Source of the DNA: a virus | Lineage: Duplodnaviria > Caudoviricetes | Strand: one strand, 5' to 3' | DNA: 38,163 bases | IMG/VR virus record: IMGVR_UViG_3300023197_000052 | Span: 1 to 38,163 of that record | Shown here: piece by piece, positions 17,956 to 26,472 of the stretch | Position numbering within the stretch: the stretch's first letter is position 1 | Layout of the letters: each line of letters starts with the position of its first letter | Program-made: the position numbers and the translations under genes | Notes under the pieces: generated by a model | The model's database searches: none | What the model saw: the letters and a program-made list of their open reading frames with translations, nothing else | What the model was told of the DNA's origin: nothing

Positions 17956-19386
17956 CTACAGTCGCTCACACCTCGCCGCCGATACCGCGTGCAGCCCCGC
18001 CCGAAGCGCCAGCGCGCCGCTGTAGGCGATGTCGCAGTGGCTCTCGGCCAGCAACGGGTTTTCGCTCTCGACCAGTTTGAGTTTTTCTTTGGAGTCCTCA
18101 GTCACTCCGCTCGTGCCGCTGGTGACCGCTTGCTTTTGGATCGAATAAAGATCGGTCGCGATGTATTTGTGCTCGCCATCGACCGGCGGGATCGTTTGCG
18201 TTTGATCGCGAAACGCGGTGGCCAGCGCGCTGCCCAGCTCGCCCTTGCGCGTACCGGCGAAGTTGACCCCTTCCCACCGATCGCCGAAAAGCTGGGTCAG
18301 TTTTTCGTTGGGCGCCATCCCCAGGCCCGTCGCGTCGCCACAGCCGACCGACCGGCCGTTGGCATTGAGCAGGCCGCGCACTGTGTTTTGCTGAAACTCG
18401 AACGAGCAGTCGCGCATCAGGATCAAAAAGCGAAGCTGACGGTCCGCCGGCTTGCCGACGTTGACCCACACGCTGGAGAGGTGGCCACGCCTGGCCACGT
18501 CCCAGCCGATCTCCGGGCGAAGCTCGGTCGTCTTCAGCGCCTCAAGGATCGACGGGTCAAAGCCGCTGTTGCGCTCGATGTGCATGCAGTCGAATAAGAG
18601 CGGCCTTCCGTTTTCGCCGGCCAGTTCAAGCTGGGCCCAGGTCAAGAGCGGATCGAGCTCGCCGATGAAGTGACACTCGTACTCGCGCTTCCAGCCCGAC
18701 TCGTCGTTGTAGAGCGCGCGGAAGTTTTCGATCGAGGTCGGCTGGCCGTTCTGATCGCGAAGGACAAAGCCCTCTTCGTTCACGCTTTGATAGATGTCGC
18801 ACACGTGAACCGAATACGTTCCGGGGTCGCTGACCAGCTCGTAAAACTTGGTGTCCTTGGAGCGCGGCGTGGAGATGCAGATCACCTTGAACCCGCGCGT
18901 GGCGAGGGGAAACACCACGCGCCAGTGGTCGTAGCCGCCCTTGGGAAACAGCCCGAACTCGGTAAAGATCACGTTGCCGGTGAGGCCGGCGATCGTGTCC
19001 GGGTTGCGGCCCGGCAGACTCATCACGACCCCGCCGTTTGGCAGATACATGATGCGGCTGCGGAAGACGAACCAGTGATCGAACGTGGCGTCGTATTCGA
19101 CGTACTGAGCGCCTTCCTCGACCTGAATCTCACCGATGCGCTGCTTGTACTTGTGAGCCCACTCCTTGCACTTGTCGAACGTGGCATCCGCCTGCCGCTG
19201 GGTCAGGGACACGATGTACCACGCCTCGCCGTCGCGCATCGCCTCGAACACGGCCTTGCCGGCGGTCACAAAGTCCTTGCCCTTCTGCCGGTGCCAGCAG
19301 ACGGCCAGCACGCGCGCCTCGTCCTGGAAAAAGCGCCGCTGGCTACGGTCGAGTGTGGGCAGAGGTTGTGGTGCTTGGCTCACCAT
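17956..19386 (-). CDS. Terminase large subunit (Mu gp28-like)
   Basis: HRQKGKDF Walker-A-like, VIFTEFG Walker B variant, ISTP, REYEC, IGWDVAR, DATGLG, HCDIAYS.ALA motifs. Confidence 0.92.
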   Translation of the reverse strand: MVSQAPQPLPTLDRSQRRFFQDEARVLAVCWHRQKGKDFVTAGKAVFEAMRDGEAWYIVSLTQRQADATFDKCKEWAHKYKQRIGEIQVEEGAQYVEYDATFDHWFVFRSRIMYLPNGGVVMSLPGRNPDTIAGLTGNVIFTEFGLFPKGGYDHWRVVFPLATRGFKVICISTPRSKDTKFYELVSDPGTYSVHVCDIYQSVNEEGFVLRDQNGQPTSIENFRALYNDESGWKREYECHFIGELDPLLTWAQLELAGENGRPLLFDCMHIERNSGFDPSILEALKTTELRPEIGWDVARRGHLSSVWVNVGKPADRQLRFLILMRDCSFEFQQNTVRGLLNANGRSVGCGDATGLGMAPNEKLTQLFGDRWEGVNFAGTRKGELGSALATAFRDQTQTIPPVDGEHKYIATDLYSIQKQAVTSGTSGVTEDSKEKLKLVESENPLLAESHCDIAYSGALALRAGLHAVSAARCERL

Positions 19387-19392
19387 CCGTGG

Positions 19393-19980
19393 TTACGCCG
19401 CCTCGTTTAACTGGTGTTGAACCCCGGTCAGCTCCTGCTGAATCTGATCGAAAATGCCGGGGTCGATCTGCTTGCCTTGCTGATGGTCTTTCGACAGCTT
19501 GTCGAGTGTCTTTTGAAGCTGTTTCAACTGGTCCACCACCCCGGACGTCTGCTGGCGCAGTTGCTTGAGTTTTTCGTCGCTCTGCGCTTTTTGCTGCTGC
19601 CAGCCGATCGTGTTTTGCAGCGCCACGCTCAGCTTCATCAGCGTGCCGGCGTCGAGCCCTTCGGCTTCGGCGCCCATCAGCTTCTCGGTCATCAGTTGCT
19701 GGAGCCGGGCGACCATCGTGTCGTCCAGGTCGCCGCCGGAATGGCGCGCCAGCTCCGCGAACTGGCTGGCCATGGACTTGGCGTGCTCAAGCTGCTGAAG
19801 CCGCTCTTTCCAGTTGGCCGTCCACCGGGCCGTCGAGCGGTAGGTGACGTCGTAGCCCTTGCTCGACAGCCAGTCGTAGATCTCCTGCGCCGTCACGCCA
19901 CGCTTGGACGCGAGCTTCTCCAGCTCCGGCCGGTCGGCGTCGGTCACCTGCTGATCCACCTTGTGCGGCACCGGGCTCAT
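19393..19980 (-). CDS. Putative terminase small subunit (Mu gp27 / DUF3486-like)
   Basis: T..EI..WL...GY.V..RST.RW pattern; immediately upstream of the large subunit. Confidence 0.75.
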   Translation of the reverse strand: MSPVPHKVDQQVTDADRPELEKLASKRGVTAQEIYDWLSSKGYDVTYRSTARWTANWKERLQQLEHAKSMASQFAELARHSGGDLDDTMVARLQQLMTEKLMGAEAEGLDAGTLMKLSVALQNTIGWQQQKAQSDEKLKQLRQQTSGVVDQLKQLQKTLDKLSKDHQQGKQIDPGIFDQIQQELTGVQHQLNEAA

Positions 19981-20345
19981 TGGTTTCGGTCGTCCTCGAT
20001 TAACGGGTCCGGTTCGCTCGCTTCATTGACCAAACGCAGGCCCTGGTCGGTGATCTGGTAGCTCAGCGTCGAGGCGCTGTGGTGTTGCCACTGGTAGTGC
20101 CGATCGTCGCGATGCTCGATGTAGCCGCTCTTCTCCAGCTCATCGCAGAGCCTCAGCAGATGCGCCTGATCGTCGAGCTCGCCGTCGTGGGTCGAGGCGT
20201 AGCCGATCACATCCGCCAGCCGCTGCCCGCGGAACCAGCCACTGCGCGGGTCGCGCACCGCGTTGAGCGCTTGAAGAATCTGGCGTCGCAGCCGTGCGTC
20301 GCGCTTCAGCTCAGCCTGCCGTTGGTTTGCGTCGAACTGGCTCAT
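19977..20345 (-). CDS. Mu gp26-like winged-helix protein
   Basis: RRQILQAL...LEKSGYIE...ITDQG pattern and synteny. Confidence 0.65.
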   Translation of the reverse strand: MSQFDANQRQAELKRDARLRRQILQALNAVRDPRSGWFRGQRLADVIGYASTHDGELDDQAHLLRLCDELEKSGYIEHRDDRHYQWQHHSASTLSYQITDQGLRLVNEASEPDPLIEDDRNQ

Positions 20346-20818
20346 GCCGCTGGTCCTTTGTGCTGCTCGTTGGCCCGCTCGCGCTTGCCGCGCTCGAACG
20401 CCCGCTCCTGCTCGATCCGCTGGATCCGCTGGTGCAGCTCCTTGATCTCGTCCTTGGTCGCGAGCTTGTCGTGGATGTATTTCGACAGCTCGTTGACCTG
20501 GTTGAGCAGCTTCAGCTCGTTGCTCTGGTCGCGCTCGGAGAGCTTGGTGAACTGCGCCTCGCCGGCGTCGAGGCGCTTGAAGATCGTGCGCACCTGCTCG
20601 TTGAGGCTCTTGACCTCGCCCATCAGGTCCGAGTGCATCTGGCCGAAGCGGTTGTTAATTGCCTGATCCGTTCGCCGCTGCACCTCGTCTTCGAGCTGGT
20701 CGATCTTGCGGATCTTCTGCATCGCCCACCAGCCGCCGATGCCGATGATCAAATTAAAGATCATCTGCCCGACGAAGAGCCAGATCGCGACAGCGTTGGT
20801 GGCGGCGAGTGTGAGCAT
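20342..20818 (-). CDS. Membrane-anchored coiled-coil protein (Mu gp25-position)
   Basis: N-terminal TM helix followed by heptad-rich region; synteny. Confidence 0.65.
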   Translation of the reverse strand: MLTLAATNAVAIWLFVGQMIFNLIIGIGGWWAMQKIRKIDQLEDEVQRRTDQAINNRFGQMHSDLMGEVKSLNEQVRTIFKRLDAGEAQFTKLSERDQSNELKLLNQVNELSKYIHDKLATKDEIKELHQRIQRIEQERAFERGKRERANEQHKGPAA

Positions 20819-20825
20819 GGCTCAG

Positions 20826-20888
20826 TGGTCCGGGGGTCCGGGGGTCCGGGGGTCCGGGGGTCCAATGGTCGAATGGCCAAGTGGCCGA
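20826..20888. repeat. Octamer tandem repeats (GGTCCGGG x4 plus AATGGCCA-like x3)
   Basis: Directly visible, 5' of the 20818 start codon. Confidence 0.85.
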
Positions 20889-20987
20889 GCCCCTTTTGGG
20901 GAAAAGGGTCACGCCCCCGTTTCCGGGGGCGGCCCATCGAATAGCGTGTTACGAGGCACGCTTTCGTTCGTGGTTGTGCCCCCGGTG

Positions 20988-21374
20988 TCAGCCACCGGGG
21001 GCGCCATCCTCGGAAGTGGAGCTGTTCTCCCGCTCGGCGCTGGATTCGGCCGTGCCTTGACCGGTCGCGCTCACCGCAGCTTCAAACGCTTGCGAGAGGC
21101 GCTGCTCGAGGTCGGCCTGCGTGTCACTCTCTTGCGTATACGGCGCGACGATCGTGGCGTGATAGCCCTTGGCCTTGGCGTCGGCGGTGCCGTCGCTGTC
21201 GGTGAAGGCGAGCGCACTTTGGGCGCTTTGGCCCGAGGGCTGCTCGACGGAGGCGGGGAACATGTTGTTTTGCACGTCCTTGTGCACGTTGACCGAACAG
21301 CCGGCGGCCAACAGACACATCGCCCCGATCATCGCGCATACGGACAGCATCGAAAGCGAGCGAAGCTTTCGCAT
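20988..21374 (-). CDS. Putative lipoprotein (possible spanin/lysis component)
   Basis: ATG 21374 preceded by AAAGGGA; basic N-terminus, hydrophobic stretch, LAAGC lipobox; forms the 3' part of the 508-aa ORF. Confidence 0.6.
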   Translation of the reverse strand: MRKLRSLSMLSVCAMIGAMCLLAAGCSVNVHKDVQNNMFPASVEQPSGQSAQSALAFTDSDGTADAKAKGYHATIVAPYTQESDTQADLEQRLSQAFEAAVSATGQGTAESSAERENSSTSEDGAPGG

Positions 21375-21945
21375 AAGGCGTCCCTTTCGTAAACAGAGGA
21401 CCAAAGTTGCCCAAACCGTGCCGAGGTTCACGCCTCGGTGATAGATTGGAATCAGATACGGTTGCACGTAGTCCGCTTGTAGCAGCACCCGGAACCAGCG
21501 GTCGCGCTGCAGGCGCGCTTTGAGATACGACAGCGCGTGGCTGTAGTCGATGTTGCGCACCCAGAAATCGTGAAACACCGCCGCGCGGGCGGTGCGTGAT
21601 TGGCGAGCCAGCACGCTGCGCAAAAACCATGGAATGCTGGCAAAGTCGGTACGAAAAGCGGGATTGACGACGTATTGCACGCCGCTTTGACTGACAAACA
21701 CCAGCCGTTCGAGCACTAGCCACGTGCGCTTACCCACCAGCTCGACGCGCAACGGTGTGATAAAAGCGGCTTGCTCGAGCGGAAGCTCACCGGAAGGTTT
21801 GACAAACGGCGAAAACGGCAAATCGTCCTTGCCAACGTTCGCCGCCAAACCCAGCATCAACGGCATAAGCTGCACACCGATCACACTCGCTTCCGGCCAA
21901 AGGCCAAATGCCAACAGCCCCCCGAAAGCCGCCAACGCCATCATC
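21375..21945 (-). CDS. DUF1353-family domain preceded by hydrophobic segments (in frame with the lipoprotein)
   Basis: F.TDFASIP, AAVFHDF, R.D..F motifs; no separate stop codon; boundaries approximate. Confidence 0.65.
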
Positions 21946-22015
21946 GAAAAAGCCCCGACGCCGGGCGCGCTCAGCGCCCGGCGCGGGACTCGACAAGGAG
22001 ACGATGCGGGCGATG

Positions 22016-22043
22016 TCTGATTGCTGATTGCTGATTGCTGATG
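22016..22043. repeat. Heptamer tandem repeat (CTGATTG)n
   Basis: TCTGATTGCTGATTGCTGATTGCTGATG. Confidence 0.8.
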
Positions 22044-22263
22044 TGGCGAAAAAACGCGCTCGGGGGACCGGGCCCCTTGCGCGTCGGACGCGCTCGGCTC
22101 CGTCTGCTCGTTGACGGTCGAGTCGCCCCGTTGGCTATCGACCGTGGCGTCCGATCTCTTCCGCTCTCGCACGGTGCCCGCCCCGGTCGCCGGCGCCGTG
22201 GTCACTGAGCGCTCGCGCTTGGCATCACATTTCACTCGGCCACTCTCGCCCCGCTTCCGGGGG

Positions 22264-22307
22264 CTCGGTCCCTCGGTCCCTTGGTCCCTCGGTCCCTCGG
22301 TCCCTCG
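22264..22307. repeat. Octamer tandem repeat (GGTCCCTC)n, also at ~12197-12225
   Basis: CTCGGTCCCTCGGTCCCTTGGTCCCT shared between the two loci. Confidence 0.85.
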
Positions 22308-22500
22308 GCTTTCCGCCACCGCCAGGTATTGCTTGGCGCGCCGGCGATGCCAGACGCGGTCCTCGGCCGCCTCGCACAGCTCGGCAGCGAAGGCGTGCTC
22401 GCGGGCGTGTCGCTTGGCGGCCTGGCGCTGGGCTGGGGTGTGGGCCATGGAGGCGTCCTTACCTGGGCTGCCGGCCGTCCGGGGCCGGATCGGGGGCGAT

Positions 22501-22565
22501 AAAAAAGGTCCCACTCACACTCTGTGCGCCGCAGAACACCTACGGCACAGTGCATGAGCGGGCCC
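22501..22565 (-). terminator. Long hairpin plus U-tract in the leader of the late operon
   Basis: Minus strand GGCCCGCTCATGCACTGTGCCGTAG...CTGCGGCGCACAGAGTGTGAGTGGGACC-TTTTTT. Confidence 0.65.
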
Positions 22566-22790
22566 TCATCGGGTCCACTCGAAGCCGGATCAATCAGCCG
22601 TTAAGGCCAGTTTGACCGGCGAATGTTTACTGCCACAAAACGAATCGGCCCTCGTCATGGGCCACGGGGTCACCAGTCCCCGCTGGGTTGTGTGATTGAT
22701 TTCACTAGTTTGTCGTAGGGCTGTCAACGCGCGTCAACTGGCGGCATCGCGACGTGTGGAAAACCTGACATAAAAGCTTTTTCGTTGCCC

Positions 22791-22818
22791 TTGACAGCCA
22801 TATCATAAGTGATATACT
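22791..22818 (+). promoter_or_regulatory. Sigma70-type promoter with overlapping palindromic operator
   Basis: TTGACA-16 bp-TATACT; ATATCA-TAAG-TGATAT inverted repeat at 22800-22815. Confidence 0.7.
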
Positions 22819-22893
22819 GCGGGCAGAAGTTGGGCAAAGGGCCCGACACCCGGCCCCGGGAATCAGGGGCGAGCAGAGATAGGGAGCAGAGCC

Positions 22894-23112
22894 ATGAGTC
22901 AGGTACAAACAGCAAGAGATCGGCAGCGCGAGCAGTACGAGGCGTCGGCCCACCAGCAGGTCGAGATGTACCGCCGGATACTCGCCCAGGCTGACGAGCG
23001 CTCTCGGGCTGGCGATGTGGTGCTGGCCAATCAGCGCCGCCGTGAGGCTGGCGAGTATTGGGACACGCGGATGAATGAGATGGCCCGATCCATCGTCCGA
23101 GAGAATGGATGA
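22894..23112 (+). CDS. Small hypothetical protein
   Basis: 72 aa, GGGAG RBS, first gene after the promoter. Confidence 0.6.
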   Translation: MSQVQTARDRQREQYEASAHQQVEMYRRILAQADERSRAGDVVLANQRRREAGEYWDTRMNEMARSIVRENG

Positions 23113-23175
23113 CCACCCAGCCGCGCCGCTGGAGACGGCGGCGCGGGGATTACCCGAAGCGGCCGACAGCGAGCG

Positions 23176-23418
23176 ATGCAGATAGGGAGCAGCATCTTGG
23201 CACGCATCACAAATAGAAACCTCACCATCTACGACATTGACGGGCGGCGCTGCATTGCCAGCGACGACGCCGATGGGCGATCGCTGGCAAGTCAAGTGCT
23301 CGGCGGCAGACGGGCCGACGATGAGGCCGCGCAGCCAACCGGGTTGAGTGTCGATGAACTGAGCAAGGAACAGCAGCGCCGCCTGTCGCTGCATGGATGG
23401 TGCTTCTGCGAAGACTGA
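23176..23418 (+). CDS. Small hypothetical protein
   Basis: 80 aa ORF between the two flanking + strand genes. Confidence 0.5.
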   Translation: MQIGSSILARITNRNLTIYDIDGRRCIASDDADGRSLASQVLGGRRADDEAAQPTGLSVDELSKEQQRRLSLHGWCFCED

Positions 23419-23457
23419 CTTCCCTTCCCCGCCGGTTTGACCGCCGGCGGGGGAATT

Positions 23458-23661
23458 ATGCAAAGCGACGAGCTAATCCAGCGAATCGAGTCGCGGCTGC
23501 ACGAGCTGGGCTGGAGCCACCAGCGGCTGGCCGACGAGGCGGGGCTGACCCAGCCGCGCGTCTCGACCCTGCTGCGCGGCCGGCACGTGCCCAACCTCAC
23601 CACACTGCGCCGGATTGCCGACGCGCTGGGCTGTGATTTGGAGCTTCGGCCGCGTCACTGA
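23458..23661 (+). CDS. XRE/Cro-family HTH transcriptional regulator
   Basis: GWSHQRLADEAGLTQPRVSTLLRG...PNLTTLRRIADALG; GGGGA RBS. Confidence 0.9.
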   Translation: MQSDELIQRIESRLHELGWSHQRLADEAGLTQPRVSTLLRGRHVPNLTTLRRIADALGCDLELRPRH

Positions 23662-24092
23662 CGCTGATCGCGCCGATGCCACTCACGACGGCTTACTCGC
23701 TCGCCATGCCACCAATACGTTTTTCTGCTGGCTTGATCGTTGCCTCGCGCTCGCCACTGGCCGTGGGCGCGCCATTGATCGTCAATTGAGCCGGTCCAGT
23801 GCAAATCCCTCGGCGCTTGCGGGTGGGTCCACACGCCAATTTGAGTGCCGCCCACCACCTGCACGGTCGTCTGCGAGCTCACACTCGCCGGGCCAATTCG
23901 ATCCGGCAAACGCTCGGGTTTGACCGTCACGCTGTGCTTCCCCCGCGCTTCGACCAGGGCCTTGGGTGATTGATCAGTGACCCCCTCGGCCCGGCCACGC
24001 GCATGTCCACCGGCACTGCCGGCATCGCCACAGCCGGCGACCGCGATTGCGAGTGCGGCGAAAGTTGTTAGGATTGCGTTCGGTCCCCGCAT
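23655..24092 (-). CDS. Putative lipoprotein (lysogenic accessory gene)
   Basis: ATG 24092, hydrophobic signal with AVAGC lipobox, Trp-rich C-terminus. Confidence 0.6.
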   Translation of the reverse strand: MRGPNAILTTFAALAIAVAGCGDAGSAGGHARGRAEGVTDQSPKALVEARGKHSVTVKPERLPDRIGPASVSSQTTVQVVGGTQIGVWTHPQAPRDLHWTGSIDDQWRAHGQWRARGNDQASRKTYWWHGERVSRREWHRRDQRQ

Positions 24093-24107
24093 TTTGTGGA
24101 GCCCCTT

Positions 24108-24708
24108 ATGCAAGTGCCGGTTGGTCCCCATCGCTACACACTGACGCTGGAGCCCGACTACATTGATCTCGAAGGCGAACCGGTGCTTGGACTCTGCGAC
24201 AGCGATCGCCAGGTCATCCGCATCAGCGCCGTCGCGCCGCCGGCCAAGCGGCTGACGCTGTTCTGGCACGAGCTGGGCCACGCTTGGTTGCGTGAGCTGG
24301 ACGTCCACGAGTCTCATCCTTACCCACAAGTGTTGGAGCCCTCTCCGGCGTTTGATCGATACTTTTCAACAGCCCCGCTTGAGAGCCAGCAAGCCGGGGT
24401 TTCGCGGAGCCGCATTGTGCTCATCTTTGTGTATGCGCGGCATTGACACGGCCCTTGGGAGTCTCTTAGCGGCCCTGTGCGCTCAACACGCCTGTCGCCA
24501 CACAATGTGGGTAAGGATGAGCGTCCACGAGTCGCACGCCCTCGGCGACGAGCCGCTGGCCAATCTGATCGGGCTGGCCATGGCGAACCTATCGGCACGC
24601 ACGCTGGCGCGCATCCAGATTTACCTGACCCAGGGCATCGACGCGGATGCGGTGCTCGACACCCCGCACCTGCCCGGTCCCGTCCCCGTCGTCCGCCTCA
24701 GCTCGTAG
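24108..24708 (+). pseudogene. ImmA/IrrE-like HExxH metallopeptidase interrupted by a MITE
   Basis: GLC...I.I......KR..LFWHELGH in the 5' part; DEPLAN in the 3' part. Removing 220 bp gives one 126-aa ORF. Confidence 0.85.
24313..24521. mobile_element. 209-bp MITE, 16-bp terminal inverted repeats, 11-bp target duplication (IS4-like)
   Basis: CTCATCCTTACCCACA (24313-24328) and TGTGGGTAAGGATGAG (24506-24521); CGTCCACGAGT at 24302-24312 and 24522-24532. Confidence 0.92.
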
Positions 24709-25018
24709 GACCGCGCCGCCGGCTGCCTGTCTTTTTCGACGCCTTCTTGGCCGCTTTTTTCGCCGGCTTGGCCGGCTGCTGCGCGACGTCGATCTCCGCG
24801 AGTATTTCTTCGACGCCGGGATCATACTGTGCTTGCAACGCGCGGCGGCGATAGTCAGCGCGCGTCTGCTCGTCGGCCTCCAAGTACATCATCATCGCCG
24901 CCACGGCCCCGTACCACTTCCCCTTTTTGCCGTGATCTCTGGTCACGGCCTCGTTGAAGCGGTCGAGGATCGGCTTGGGCACCCACCAGTTGAGGTTGTC
25001 TTTTTTCACGGTAAACAC
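24698..25018 (-). CDS. Putative immunity repressor, possibly ribbon-helix-helix
   Basis: Divergent from the early operon across an AT-rich region; LNWWVP strand then two helices; Lys/Ala-rich tail. Confidence 0.55.
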   Translation of the reverse strand: MFTVKKDNLNWWVPKPILDRFNEAVTRDHGKKGKWYGAVAAMMMYLEADEQTRADYRRRALQAQYDPGVEEILAEIDVAQQPAKPAKKAAKKASKKTGSRRRGPTS

Positions 25019-25144
25019 TTATATCGCCTAAAGTTACCCATATCAAAGTAAGTAAAACTTAAGAAAATTTTAGTATCTGCCTTGACGAAGCCGACAGAAT
25101 GAGTACGATAGCCTACACTTATGAAAATCTATGAGTTGTCCTTC
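25019..25144. promoter_or_regulatory. AT-rich divergent control region with candidate early promoter
   Basis: Sharp AT enrichment; TTGACG (25082-25087), 16 bp, TACGAT (25104-25109). Confidence 0.65.
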
Positions 25145-25347
25145 ATGGCGATCCTCATCAACAACCCGGAACTGGAAAGCAGGCTGACGAAGCTCGGCAA
25201 AAACAGCGCCCTCGGGCTTTGTCTAAGACCGCCATGGCGGAGGCGATCCTCTACGAACACACCCGCGATCTGCGCAGCGCCGATCGCTGGAAGCGCGATC
25301 GCATCGAGCGGATCGCGATTGAGCGGCGCGACCAGGACGCCGCCTGA
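25145..25347 (+). pseudogene. Frameshifted Cro/Ner-position ribbon-helix-helix-like gene
   Basis: One extra A in the A5 run at 25199-25203 gives MAILINNPELESRLTKLGKKQRPRALSKTAMAEAILYEH...RRDQDAA (67 aa). Confidence 0.65.
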
Positions 25348-25556
25348 CGATTCACCAGGCCGCCGGCGAATAACCGGTCGCCGGCGGTGCCACAAAGCGG
25401 GCCGAAGAACACCCAGAGGGGCGAGAGCCCCCTGCGGCCTTTCTGATTTCCGGGGCCGCGATCGGCGGGCCAGCGCCCGCCGGCCGGATTTGAGGGGGGC
25501 GTGACACGACGCATGCCCCGGACTGTAGCCCCGGACCTCGTCGCAGGGACGCGAGC

Positions 25557-26147
25557 ATGGCCGAGTTTGTTGGACAAATTGAGGAGCCGCCCATGTCCAG
25601 CCACGTGCTTCAGCGCCTGCACGAGCAAGGCGCTTTGACCCCACAGCAGTTTGCGGACCTGACTCACCTTCAGCCGCACAGCGGCTACGCCTACTACGAC
25701 CAGCGCGAGCTGAATTACACCAAGCTCCGCATGCTGCTGCGCATGAACGACCCGCGGATCGTGCAGGCGTTTCTGGATGACCTGCTGCCCAGCGACTGGG
25801 CTGTGACCCAGCTTCCGGGCGAGCTGGACATCGACGGCGACGGCGATGTGGACACCGACGATGCGCTTAAGCAAACCACCGACGCGCTGCGCAACTTCGC
25901 CAACCTCATCGAGTCGATCCGCGCCAGCGGCTACGAGCTGTCGGATGACGAAAGGCGCGAGATCGCCGAGCACGTCGGCGAGCTGATCCAGAGGCTCTGC
26001 GCCACGCGGCAGATCGTGGACCACATCCAAAGCCACCGACCGCGCCGCAAGCGAGCGAAGCGAGCGCCCGCCTACGCGACGCCCAAAGCCAACGGCCAAC
26101 CGACCGCCCACCCCAACGGACAAGGAGAGCACTGCGATGGTCACTAA
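25557..26147 (+). CDS. Early regulatory-type protein with DxDxDG motif
   Basis: HTH-like N-terminus (LTPQQFADLTHL..HSGYAY), DIDGDGDVDTDD, helical C-terminus; alternative start 25593 with GAGGAG RBS. Confidence 0.65.
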   Translation: MAEFVGQIEEPPMSSHVLQRLHEQGALTPQQFADLTHLQPHSGYAYYDQRELNYTKLRMLLRMNDPRIVQAFLDDLLPSDWAVTQLPGELDIDGDGDVDTDDALKQTTDALRNFANLIESIRASGYELSDDERREIAEHVGELIQRLCATRQIVDHIQSHRPRRKRAKRAPAYATPKANGQPTAHPNGQGEHCDGH

Positions 26148-26472
26148 CACGTTGACCCACACCCGGCGCAAGCGCGGCCAGGTCCGCCTGGGCGAGGACG
26201 ACGAGCGCGCGCTGCTGGCGCTGACCACGCGTTACGAGCCGATCCCCGCGATCGCCTCGCGGATCGACCACGGCCCCGGCTACACGATGGCGCTGATTCA
26301 CGAGCTGCGTCGTCACGGATTCGCCGTCATCGGCGGCCCGCCGGGCAATCGGCTGGCGGCGATCACGCTCGCCGGCCAGCAGCGCAAGGAGCATTTGATC
26401 AGCGACGTGCTGGACCACGACTTCGACCGCCTCGGCGCGGTGATGGAAGGGAGGCGCCGTCTCTATGCGTAG
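26137..26472 (+). CDS. Hypothetical early protein
   Basis: 111 aa, AAGGAG RBS, overlapping neighbours. Confidence 0.65.
   Translation: MVTNTLTHTRRKRGQVRLGEDDERALLALTTRYEPIPAIASRIDHGPGYTMALIHELRRHGFAVIGGPPGNRLAAITLAGQQRKEHLISDVLDHDFDRLGAVMEGRRRLYA

Noticed and set aside
1152-20944. Long + strand ORFs antisense to the late genes (e.g. 16555-18597, 4655-5878)
   Set aside because: Shadow ORFs of high-GC coding sequence, with no motifs, overlapping well-supported - strand genes.
22570-22700. Known riboswitch such as c-di-GMP-I in the late leader
   Set aside because: Conserved motif elements are not recognisable by eye; needs an Rfam scan.
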